Position numbers and translations under genes: made by a program. Below are positions 54,395-64,000 of a stretch of 64,000 nt of DNA, in pieces (positions within the stretch are counted from its first letter, which is position 1; every line of letters begins with the position of its first letter). Source of the DNA: Octopus vulgaris (taxonomy: Eukaryota); NCBI GenBank assembly GCA_951406725.2, contig OX597824.1, forward strand, positions 42,408,001 to 42,472,000, given 5' to 3'. Under the pieces are notes generated by a model. That model searched no databases. It worked only from the letters and a program-made list of their open reading frames with translations, and was not told the origin of the DNA.

Positions 54395-54590
54395 ACTTTC
54401 AAATTTTGGCACAAAGCCAGCAATTTCAGGGTAGGATGTGAGTCGATTATGTGGACCCCAGTGCTCAACTGATACTTATTTTATCAATTCCGAACGGATG
54501 AAAGGCAAAGTCGACCCTGGAGGAATTTGAACACCTTTAGTCGAAAGAAATGTTGCGAAGCATTTTTCCGGCGCAGTAACGATTTTGCAC
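54395..54590 (-). mobile_element. SINE family B
   Basis: ggatgaaaggcaaagtcgacc...gaatttgaac. Confidence 0.8.
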
Positions 54591-54705
54591 TGTAATAATA
54601 ATTACTATTATTTCTAGAGCAGTTGCTCGGGTGTTCTCTGTAGCAGGTACCCGGTTAGCGCGTGCGTTCTTACAATTGCGCAATTGTAGCTATAGGAGTC
54701 CTTAC

Positions 54706-54727
54706 CTGGGTTGTTGTTGCTATTCAT
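54706..54727 (-). other. Candidate start-codon exon end (MNSNNNP, phase-1 donor)
   Basis: Minus strand aaaaATGAATAGCAACAACAACCCAG|gtaagg. Confidence 0.2.
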
Positions 54728-54744
54728 TTTTTCTTTCAGTCTCG

Positions 54745-54776
<32 letters not shown>

Positions 54777-54913
54777 ACATTAGCTTGCTATTGTTGTTGC
54801 GTTGTTATTGCTGATGTTTGTGTTATTATTCTTGTCGTCATCATCATCGTCGTTGTCATCGTTGTCATTTTTGTTATTATTGCTGTTGCTGTCATTGTTG
54901 CTATTGTTGCTGT

Positions 54914-54958
<45 letters not shown>

Positions 54959-56172
54959 CAACGACGACGACGATGATGACGACGATGGTGTTGTTGTTGC
55001 TGTTGTGGCTAGTGTTGTTGTTGTCGTCATCCTTGTAACAAATTTCCATAATCACGATGATTTCATTTATCAATTAGAAAAGTAAACGGCACCGAAAGGA
55101 AATTGAATTCCATCCCCCCTCACCTACCCAACCTCACACCACCCATCCTACCCCGCTTTCTTTCTCTCTTTCTTTCTTACTTTCTTTCATTCTTCTTTCT
55201 TTCTTTCTTTCTTTTTTTCCACAACTACCTTCTTCCATTTTCTTTCCTTCTTTCTTTTCCTCTCACTTTCACTTTAGCATTTTCCCTTTGTTTTTATTTT
55301 TGTTTGGTTATTTTCTTGTCTTTTATTTGTTCCTGTTTATTTTGTTTCGTTTTTCGTGTGCCACGTTTCTACATTTTTCCTCTTTTTGCCCTTTCATTCT
55401 TACATTTCTATATATTTTATTTATTTTATTTCTTCATTCTTTCGTTCTCCTTATTTTTCTCTCTTTTTCTTTCTTTCGTTCTGCCTACCTCTCTCCCCCT
55501 CTCTCTTTCTCTCTCCCTCTCTATATCTCACCCTCTCTCTCCCTCTCTTTCTGTTTCTGTCTGGTCTGTCTTTTCAGCCATTTGGTAACTTCACGCTCTT
55601 TTGCCTCGGTCACCATGTTTAAACAAGAGAATGGTGCTATTTATTCATCTCCTCTTCACTTCTCTATTTTCCCGTCATTCATCTTTGCTTCCTTTTCTTC
55701 TTTTTCTCCTTCTTCATGTCTATTGTTTCGAAGTTTTGTATTTTGCTTTGATTTTCATTTTTGGATATTTTTCTTTTTATATTTCGTCTTTCACTTTTTT
55801 CTTTGCATCTATCTTTTAGTATTTCGGTTTTGTTCTTTTGTTTTTGTTTTTCTCTTCGTTCCCTCTCATATTTTTCTTTCAGTTTTCTTTTCTTCTTTTT
55901 CTTGTTGTTTCTTTATCACTCTTCTTGTCCCCCCACTCTGCATGTCTCTCTGTCTCTCTGTCTCTATATTCGCCTCTGGCTCAAATGGCGTATGTCCGCC
56001 ATTGATGCTGATTAAAACTGGCGGGAATGATAGAAAGCAATCGAGATAAAAATGAAAATAAGTAAATATAACACATGTATATATACCACATACAACACAC
56101 ATACACTAACACATACATACATACGTACATACATATACATATATAAATACACACACACATATATATATATAT

Positions 56173-56203
<31 letters not shown>

Positions 56204-56964
56204 ATATACATATATATATATATACATATATCTCATAGAATAAAATAAGAAAACTCGGGAAAATTGGGAGAATATAAAATAGAAGTTATGGTGGAGTGGT
56301 GGAGTGATGAATGGATGGGGGTTGCTGGGTTTGCTGGGGCGAGGGAAGAGCTGATATGAAGAGGAAGCGGAAAAACACCGTTTGACGTCAGCTAAAAATA
56401 CCAGACCAATCCAAAGAATATCTTATTATTAAGGATTATAGTTAGTGGCCGGGAACCGACAATTATGGTTCTTTTTTGGAGGTGAGTTTGGGTGGCGAGA
56501 GAAGGGGTTCGAATTATGTTGTTGTTGTTGTTGTTGTTATATATATCTTGAAATATATTGTATTTTTCGCTAATATATTTTTACTTTTTTATATATATTC
56601 TTTTTGGCAGGTTTGTCTTTTTAATGTATTTTCAGTTAGCATGTATTTTTTTATACTTAGTTTTACATTCCACGTTGTTGTGATGTTACTAGTTATTACG
56701 GTTATTGATGTTGTTCTTGTTATTGTTGTTGTTACTTTCTCTGTTGTGCTTGTTCTTACTAGTTTAGAAATGTTGTTGCTACTGTTGTTCCTGTTTGTTT
56801 TCTCTTGTGTAGTTGTTTATTTTTGCTGCTGTTTTCACTGTTCATGTTAGTCGAATAGCTGTTCTCGTTGTTCTTGTTTATTTTACTTGCCTCTGTTGTT
56901 GTTGTTGTTGTTGTTGTTTCTATCTGTTCATATTAATCGTGTTACTGTCACTATTGTACTTGCT

Positions 56965-57170
56965 TCAATCGTTGGCACACCGGCCAAAATGTTTAGTGCC
57001 ATTTCGTCCGTCGTCTTTATGCTCTGAGCTCAAATTCTGCCAATGTCGACTTTGCCTTTCATCCTTTCGGTGTCGATGAAATAAGTGCCGGTTAAGTACT
57101 GGGGTGGATGTAATCGACTAGCTCCCTCCCCCACAATTTCAGGCCTTGCGCCTATAGCAGAAAGAATTTA
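56965..57170 (+). mobile_element. SINE family B
   Basis: gtcgactttgcctttcatcctttcggtgtcgatgaaataagt. Confidence 0.85.
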
Positions 57171-57179
57171 TTATTTTTT

Positions 57180-57460
57180 GTTTTGGCTCAGGTTCGGTCT
57201 TATTCCTGGCATTATTTATGTGGCTAGCGGGTTACTACCTACAACCTTAGGTATCCACTAGCTTTCAATGGTTTTCAAGTGCTTAGAACTCTCCAGGTAG
57301 TCTTTCCTGTCCCTAAGAGGTAAACTTTGTGCAGAAGCTCCACATGACATTCTATTCCAATCTCCTTGAACATTTTATTTGTCTATATCTTTACTTATAG
57401 TTCCCAATGCGCCAATTATTATAGGTAGAACCTTTACAGTTGTTAAACACCACACTTATC
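57180..57460 (-). mobile_element. R4/Dong-like 3' end
   Basis: Homologous to 17255-17520; minus translation KVLPIIIGALGTISK. Confidence 0.8.
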
Positions 57461-57583
57461 CCTTGTATTGTCCCTGTTTGATTTGTGTTCGGCCCTTGTG
57501 GTCAATAAAAGACAGTATTATTATTTACATTATTTACATTTGACGGATATTTGTCTTCATCTTGTTTGTTGTTTCGGCTGATA

Positions 57584-58430
57584 CTCTGGCCCCACCAAGA
57601 AAATGTCCAAGTGCTATTGGATCATGTGAACTCAATAAAGCCATCTATACAGTTCAGAATGGACAAGGAAAAGGCCAATCAGCTAGCATTCCTGGACGTA
57701 TTAATAACACGCACCAAGTATGGATTCAGGACATCCGTATACCGCAAGCCGACCTTCACTGGACGATACCTAAACTTCAATTTCCACCATCCATACTGTG
57801 TAAAGAGAGGGATTGCTCAGGGCCTAAAACAGCGAGTAAAGAATATAAGTAGCAATCCTGATACACACCACAAAGAAATGATCAAGATAAGTAACAATCT
57901 ATTAAGCAACAACTACTCCAAAAGCATACTCTCCACTCCAATTATGAAGAAAATGGAGGATGAGGCCAATAAACTGTCCACAGTCTGTCAAGCCTATGTG
58001 AAAGGCTTCTCCGTAAAATACAAAAGATATGCGGCCCATATGACATCAGGACAGCATTCAAGAGTAATACAACACTTCGCAAATATCTCCTTCAAGTAAA
58101 ACCACCAATAGAAGAGAATATGACCAAAGACTGTATTCCATTCCATGTAGCTGCGGTAGGTTATACAAAGGCATAAGATGCCGCCCCCTCGAATAAGAGT
58201 AGAGGAACATCGCAAAGCTGTGACACGAGGAGATATTGATAAATAGGGAATAGCTGATCATGTATGGAAAAATGGAAACCACCTCCCCCTGTGGGATGAA
58301 GTTAAAATAATAGAGAGAGAACACTACGAGAAAATACGAAAACTAACCTCCTAAGCAGACCGAGTGCAGATATGAGCAGCATATGGGAACCGGTATTAAG
58401 AAAGGATAGGAGAATATTAGATTTATTAGC
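57584..58430 (+). pseudogene. PLE RT thumb + GIY-YIG endonuclease remnant
   Basis: LWPH...VNSIKPSIQF...LAFLDVLI...TSVYRKPTFTGRYLNF.FHHP; after frameshifts IPCSCGRLYKG, IRVEEHRKA, GIADHVW. Confidence 0.9.
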
Positions 58431-58454
58431 CCTAAAATTCACTCCATAATTGCC

Positions 58455-58528
58455 CACAAGCATATGGTGTAGTGGTTAAGAGCTTCTAACTTAACTCCAA
58501 GATTCCGAGTTCGATTCCTAGCAGAGAT

Positions 58529-58531
<3 letters not shown>
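58455..58531 (+). promoter_or_regulatory. tRNA-derived Pol III head (A and B boxes) in the PLE 3' region
   Basis: A box tggtgtagtgg 58465-58475; B box gagttcgattcc 58507-58518. Confidence 0.75.
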
Positions 58532-58602
<71 letters not shown>

Positions 58603-58669
58603 CAACAACAATACCAACAACATCGAAAAATACCTTAGGAATGAGAACCCAGGTTCGAAATTTCCCCAA

Positions 58670-58715
58670 GACACCTGATGAAGGCTGGAGGGTATATCAG
58701 CCGAAACGTTGTGTT
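58670..58715 (+). ncRNA. Minimal type-I hammerhead ribozyme, intact core
   Basis: Stem I gacac/gtgtt; CTGATGA 58675-58681; extra A; stem II ggctg/cagcc; GAAA 58703-58706; palindromic AACGTT; GUU triplet. Confidence 0.85.
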
Positions 58716-58797
58716 AACAACAAACAAGATCAGGACAAATATCTGTCAAATGTAAATAATGTACATAATTCCTCATCTCTTAAATATCGAACAATAG

Positions 58798-58901
<104 letters not shown>

Positions 58902-59811
58902 GGGTACTGTATTTGCTGTTGCTGTTGTTTTCACTGATAATGCTGCTATCCATGTCAATCACAGTATTCCTGCTGTTATTTCTATCATACAAGTATTGTT
59001 GTTGCAGTTGTTGCAGTCATTGCTGTTGTTATTGGCAACCGTAGTAAGATGATCGTCATCGTTATTACCAAGATTGTGTTGCTGTTGATTTTATTCCTGT
59101 TAATGGATCTGTTATTAATATATTGAGGTTGTTGTCGTTGTTCGTATTGCTGCTGCTGCCTCTGCTGCTTCTTCTTTTAAGGTTTCGATGTTCCTACGGC
59201 TTGTTGTTTACAGCGTTGTTCGTGTAGTTTCTCTCACTATTTTCACACTGCTGTTTTGTTGTTGTTGTTGTTGTTGCTGTTGTTGTTGGTGGTGGTAATG
59301 GTATTGGTGTTGTGGCTGTTGTTTGCATTGGTGGTGGTGGTGGTGGTGGGTTATGGTGGGTGGGGGTTTTATTTTGCTATCATCGACTGCACCAACGCCA
59401 TCATCATCTTCATCATTACAGGAGCTACGTTCCACCGATCAAACGCCCGAATGTAGATTGTTTAACCCTAGTCCTAGATCAGTCAATCAAACCCATGACC
59501 AAATATATTTCAACTGTGACCACCTCCAGACATTCCCTGGTATTCCCAGTACAACTATATCATCTAATGTACTATTTCCTTACTGGAGTCAGTGCGACGT
59601 GATTTGGAAGGGTATTCTGCTGCTTTTTTTTTAGTAGATCCAGTAAACACATAAAAGGTGAGAAATCTTTTTTAATACTAAGTGCGAATTCTGAATATAC
59701 AAGTATCTGTAGGGACCACATCTGTACTGAGAAAAAATAGGGATTTTATTTTACAATACATGTGTTTGTGTATGAAACTTTTATTAAATTACTTTTTGAT
59801 ATCATTAAGAC

Positions 59812-60250
59812 TTAAGGCGGTGAGTAGGCAGAATCGTTAGCACACCGGGCAAAATGCTTCGCGGCATTTCGTCCGTCGTTACAGTCTGAGTTCAAATTCC
59901 ACCGAAGTCGACTTTGTCTTTCATACTCTCGAGATCTATAAATCAAGTACCAGTGAAACACTGGGTTGATATAATCGACTAGCTCCCTCCCCAACAAAAT
60001 TGCAGTCGATGTGCTTTTAGTAGAAAGGATATTGATAAGAATTATGGCGGCGAGCTATCAGAAGCATTAGCATGCTGGGCAAATTGCTTAGCAGCATTTC
60101 GTCCGTCTTAACGTTCTGAGTTCTGAGGTCGACTTTGCCTTTCATCCTTTCGGGGTGGATAAAATAAGTACTAGTTAAGCACTGGGGACGATGTAATCGA
60201 CTACTCCTTCCCCGCAAATTTCCAGCATTGTGCCTATAATAGAAAGGGTA
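59812..60250 (+). mobile_element. Two tandem SINE family B copies
   Basis: Heads ggcggtgagtaggcagaatcg and ggcggcgagctatcagaagc, each with the Nin-like core. Confidence 0.85.
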
Positions 60251-60413
60251 TTAATAAGACTTAATAAAACTTTATTTGTTTCATGTGGGGGTTTTTGGAG
60301 ACTTCATTCAATGGACAGCTTGAAATTTGAATGTCGGTGAGGGTTTCAACACCTTGACGGAGAGAATCTGTCGTTGGTCATTTATTAAACCGGGATTTGT
60401 TTAGTCCCCAGAA

Positions 60414-60794
60414 CAGAGGTTCTCAACGTGAGCGATACCGCCTGCATGTCGATAGGGGCGTTTAGCTTTAGGGGGCGGTGAGGTAACATAATTCGCATTC
60501 TAAATTTTAACTATAGTAGTAATTATATAATACATAATAAAACTAGTAATGGTTATTAAAATAGAATGAGATCTCATCAGACACAGAGAAGCCATTAACT
60601 TGCAGTGTATGAAGTAAATTTACAATTTTTCGTTTTTATTAATTTTTTATCACTTCTCTGTTAATCACTTATACAATCAACTTTTAGAGTAAAATTTTTA
60701 GAGTTTAGTCTTGATAACTCAAACATCATAAAAGGTGAACGCTAGCCATTACTTAAACGGGGGGGGGCTGCAAAAATGAGGTTAAGAACCACTG
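60414..60794. mobile_element. hAT (Charlie-type) MITE
   Basis: TIRs cagaggttctcaac / gttaagaaccactg; TSD not convincing. Confidence 0.6.
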
Positions 60795-61064
60795 CTCCTG
60801 GTGTTGCTCTTGTTCTTCTTGCTGTAGTTGATCTTAAGTTTTATATTTTGCCTTAGTTTGCAATATTCTGCTTCATTTTGTTGGCTATAAGATTTATTCT
60901 AAAAGGCAGCGATTTGGAATCAAACATAAGAGTTTATGGGATTCTTCCGGTACTCCGCAACTCCCAGATCAAACCCTTTCTCGGTTAACTCTGCCTTTCA
61001 GCCCTTCAAGATCAATAAATAAAATACTAGTTAAGTATTTCTTTGACTACTAAACTCTTTCTTC

Positions 61065-61128
<64 letters not shown>

Positions 61129-62189
61129 TGGTAGAGATCTGCTACGCTCAGACCGAGAGGGAGAGAGATTACTCTCACCAAATTTAGATGTCTAAGAGAC
61201 GACCTATGTTACGGCGGCAGCCGTTCGACTACAACAGGAAAAGTTGTTCCTAGACAAAGCGATGAAATATTTATTCTAACTTTGGTCCTAGAGCAAAAAA
61301 AAAACAAAAACAGTGAGGCAACTATCAATCATACAGCGTATAATAGTACACATTTCAGCAACACAACAGTCATAGGAGAAGTAGATCTTTGCAGCTCTAC
61401 TGATTCTATTAGCCAAAGACACTTGACTGTAAAATAGCCAACTCATGGAACTCGAGGATATTGCAAGATTTATGAATGTTCTTGTTTCTATTTCCATGCA
61501 AAATTTATAGATTTTTCATAACATCATTCCATTATATTAATGATCACGAATTTTTCTTAAATTTTGTACTGAAGTTAAAGTTGTTTGAAGCGTAGCCCTT
61601 AAACTTGTTTCATTATATTAACACTTTTGATTATGTCTTCGATCTCGATCCATAGTTAATGTCAATGAAGACACTGTTACTTGAACCTGTTTCGTTATGT
61701 CAAAAATTTTAATTTCGCTCGATAGTTTAGTTTTAAACGGGTTTAAAGCGTGACATTCGAAAACACTTTGTGACAAAGTGAATAATATTTTAGGTTATTC
61801 ACGTTGCGGTCATGTTTCCGAAGTTTGAATCTTATACTATTTTATTGTCAATAACACCTATTAATTCATCTTTCAGTCCCACCCAACCCCGTTAAATGGT
61901 AATATAAAGTTTTCTTTTAAATTTATTCAGTCACAGATGAAGAAATTATTGCAGAAGTTTCAGCTATATCTAACTTTTCCTTCTCTTTAGCCAGGTACCA
62001 AGACGTTTCTTATTGTGAGAGTCGCTGACCTCAAGGTAGATGAAGAGTTAAATATTTTTAAGCAAAAGTATTTCATAAATTAGATACACGTTGTGAGAAA
62101 CTGACCGACTAGACATAAGATGGAACTAGTGACGCGCATATCATGAGTTCAACTCTTATGGAAGCATATCTTTATCTTTTAAAGCAATA

Positions 62190-62405
62190 TAAAGCGACGG
62201 CTGGCAGAATCGTTAGCACGTTGGGAAAATGCTTAGGGGCATTTCGTCTGTCTTCACGTTCTGAGTTTAAATTACGCCGAAGTCGACTTGTCCTTCCATC
62301 CTTTTGGCGTCAATAAATACCAGTTAAATATTGAGGGTCGATATAACCGACTTACCTTTCCTTTCTACTAAAATTGCTGGCCATGAGCCAAAATTTGAAA
62401 CGAAT
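62190..62405 (+). mobile_element. SINE family B
   Basis: ctggcagaatcgttagcacg...gccgaagtcgacttgtccttccatcc. Confidence 0.85.
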
Positions 62406-63312
62406 ATGTTTTAATTTTAACTTCCAGAGTTAACCTAAATTGTAAGAACACTAGAGATTTCCAGGAAGAAAAACTTAAATGCGATGAAATAGCCCCCTAC
62501 CCCCAAAGTGTGAAATCTAAGTTGAGCACCATCCCTATGGCTTCTTGTGATTTAATGGAAGGATTAGCTGTCAACTTTTTCTCTGGGGATATGGGATGTT
62601 TTCACAGAGAAGAGTTAAAAGATGTGAACAATAGTCTTCCTAACAACAACAACACTTGTAAATGGACTCTTTACGCACAGGAAAGATAGCAAACCAGATG
62701 GTTTTAACTCTATAGAAATATTTCAATAAATTCATAGGAATAATTTATTGGCTATTTGGCCGGCAGATAAAACCTTATAAGTCTTCTTCATTTCCTCGCA
62801 CTATTCTAAATAAGGATATGCAAGCTTAGATAGGATCGTTCCCTGCCATACGCCAACAAATAGCCACCGTCGATTGAATGAGAATGGTATTCTTACCTAT
62901 CTTTGCATCGGTAGCCTTAATTAATTTATCGGCCCTTATTTTCCAATCTAAAGTGATATCTCTAGAAATGCATATAAATTTGAGGCTGTCATTAAGAAGT
63001 ATCTCTTTCATTTTTATTTTGTTTGTTTAGCTTTTTGTTTTTCTAAATAGCCATTTGCGTTCAATAACTTTAAAAAAAGAACACACACACATGCACCCAC
63101 ACACACACACACACATACACACACACATACACACACACACATAGACACACACACAGATATATATGTATATACGTATGAATGTATGTATTCATGTACATGT
63201 ATATGTGTGTACATATATGTATGTACTATGTATGTATACACACACCACACACACACACACATATATATATATGTATATACACATGTGTCTGTGTGTATGC
63301 GTGTGTGAGTGA

Positions 63313-63620
63313 GTCACTAAAGTGAGAAAGGTCACTAATCAGCACCAGTATTGCCAAAAATATGAGTCAAAACAACTCAATAGCCATAGAACCACTATCT
63401 TAGAGCAGCAGATATAGCCAGATCATCAATGATTTTACATTTTGATGCTTACGCATCTTAATGCGCATCGCTGGTTCTCACCGCGGCTAGGGTTAAACTC
63501 AGCTCACCTTGTCAGTTTGTAAGATTTCCGTTGAAATCATGCGCTGATTTCATAAACAGTAAAACTGAAAATAATAATATGGGTGGCTAATTCGCAATTT
63601 TACAACCGAAATGTAGAAAT
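63313..63620. repeat. Unclassified repeat shared with 34333-34451
   Basis: gtcactaaagtga..cagcaccagtattgc and gtggctaattcgcaatt occur at both loci, rearranged. Confidence 0.65.
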
Positions 63621-63634
63621 ATGCATGTATGTAT

Positions 63635-63750
63635 GTTCAGTCCCATTGTGTAGTACCTTGGGCAAGTGTCTTCTACTATAGAAGCTACATGCCGACCAAA
63701 GCCTTCTGAGTGGATTTGGTAGGTGGACACTGAAAGAAGCCCATCGTATA
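63635..63750 (+). mobile_element. SINE family A fragment
   Basis: gttcagtccca...ccttgggcaagtgtcttctactatag...gaaagaagccc. Confidence 0.85.
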
Positions 63751-63755
63751 TACAT

Positions 63756-63804
<49 letters not shown>

Positions 63805-64000
63805 TTAGGGAATAAATCCAAACTTACAGGGAAAAATCAGAATTAGGATTGAATTCAATTTTATAGTAAAATATTATATTATATTAAACGATCGTAGTGG
63901 GATATTAATTATATTTTTTAATAATTTTGTTACATATTTAAATAATATAAATTAATCATATGTATTGGCTTAAGTCTTTCATTATTTGATTTGCCTAATA

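Larger units (their letters stand above)
57520..58793 (+). mobile_element. Penelope-like element, 5'-truncated, with an inverted 5' pLTR fragment
   Basis: 57520-57583 is the reverse complement of about 58695-58765; followed by the RT C-terminus, GIY-YIG remnants and an HHR-bearing terminal repeat. Confidence 0.92.

Noticed and set aside
55103-56049. 253-aa and 161-aa hydrophobic, membrane-protein-like ORFs
   Set aside because: F/L/S richness comes from a pyrimidine-rich low-complexity tract; no domain motif.
58455-58531. Functional tRNA gene (also 1295-1370, 14041-14150 and the other SINE heads)
   Set aside because: A/B boxes are present, but I see no intact acceptor stem, and each continues into a repeat body.
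63430-63575. Possible hammerhead in the 63313-63620 repeat
   Set aside because: No CUGANGA/GAAA pair with compatible stems could be built.

Overview
AT-rich, gene-poor eukaryotic DNA saturated with microsatellites ((AT)n, (AC)n, (GATA)n, (ATAC)n, (AAT)n, (GTA)n, (AAG)n) and transposable elements. The repeat families resemble those I associate with Octopus/coleoid cephalopod genomes (inference, not a database result). No intact host CDS is recognisable; almost every ORF in the track is a microsatellite artefact or a TE remnant. Content: three tRNA-derived SINE families in many copies; decayed R4/Dong, HERO, RTE, CR1/L2 and L1/Tx1 LINEs; Tc1/mariner fragments; hAT-type and long-TIR non-autonomous DNA elements; one 5'-truncated Penelope-like element (PLE); and a few weak candidate exons. 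The main unexplained signal is six minimal type-I hammerhead ribozyme (HHR) motifs, near-intact or degenerate, in several different non-coding contexts, each with a palindromic or near-palindromic stem III. They include (i) a tRNA-head + (AAT)n + HHR module found both at the 3' end of the PLE and as a free-standing copy, and (ii) a TSD-flanked, retrozyme-like insertion with a 353-nt unit. Coordinates of decayed elements are approximate, read by eye.
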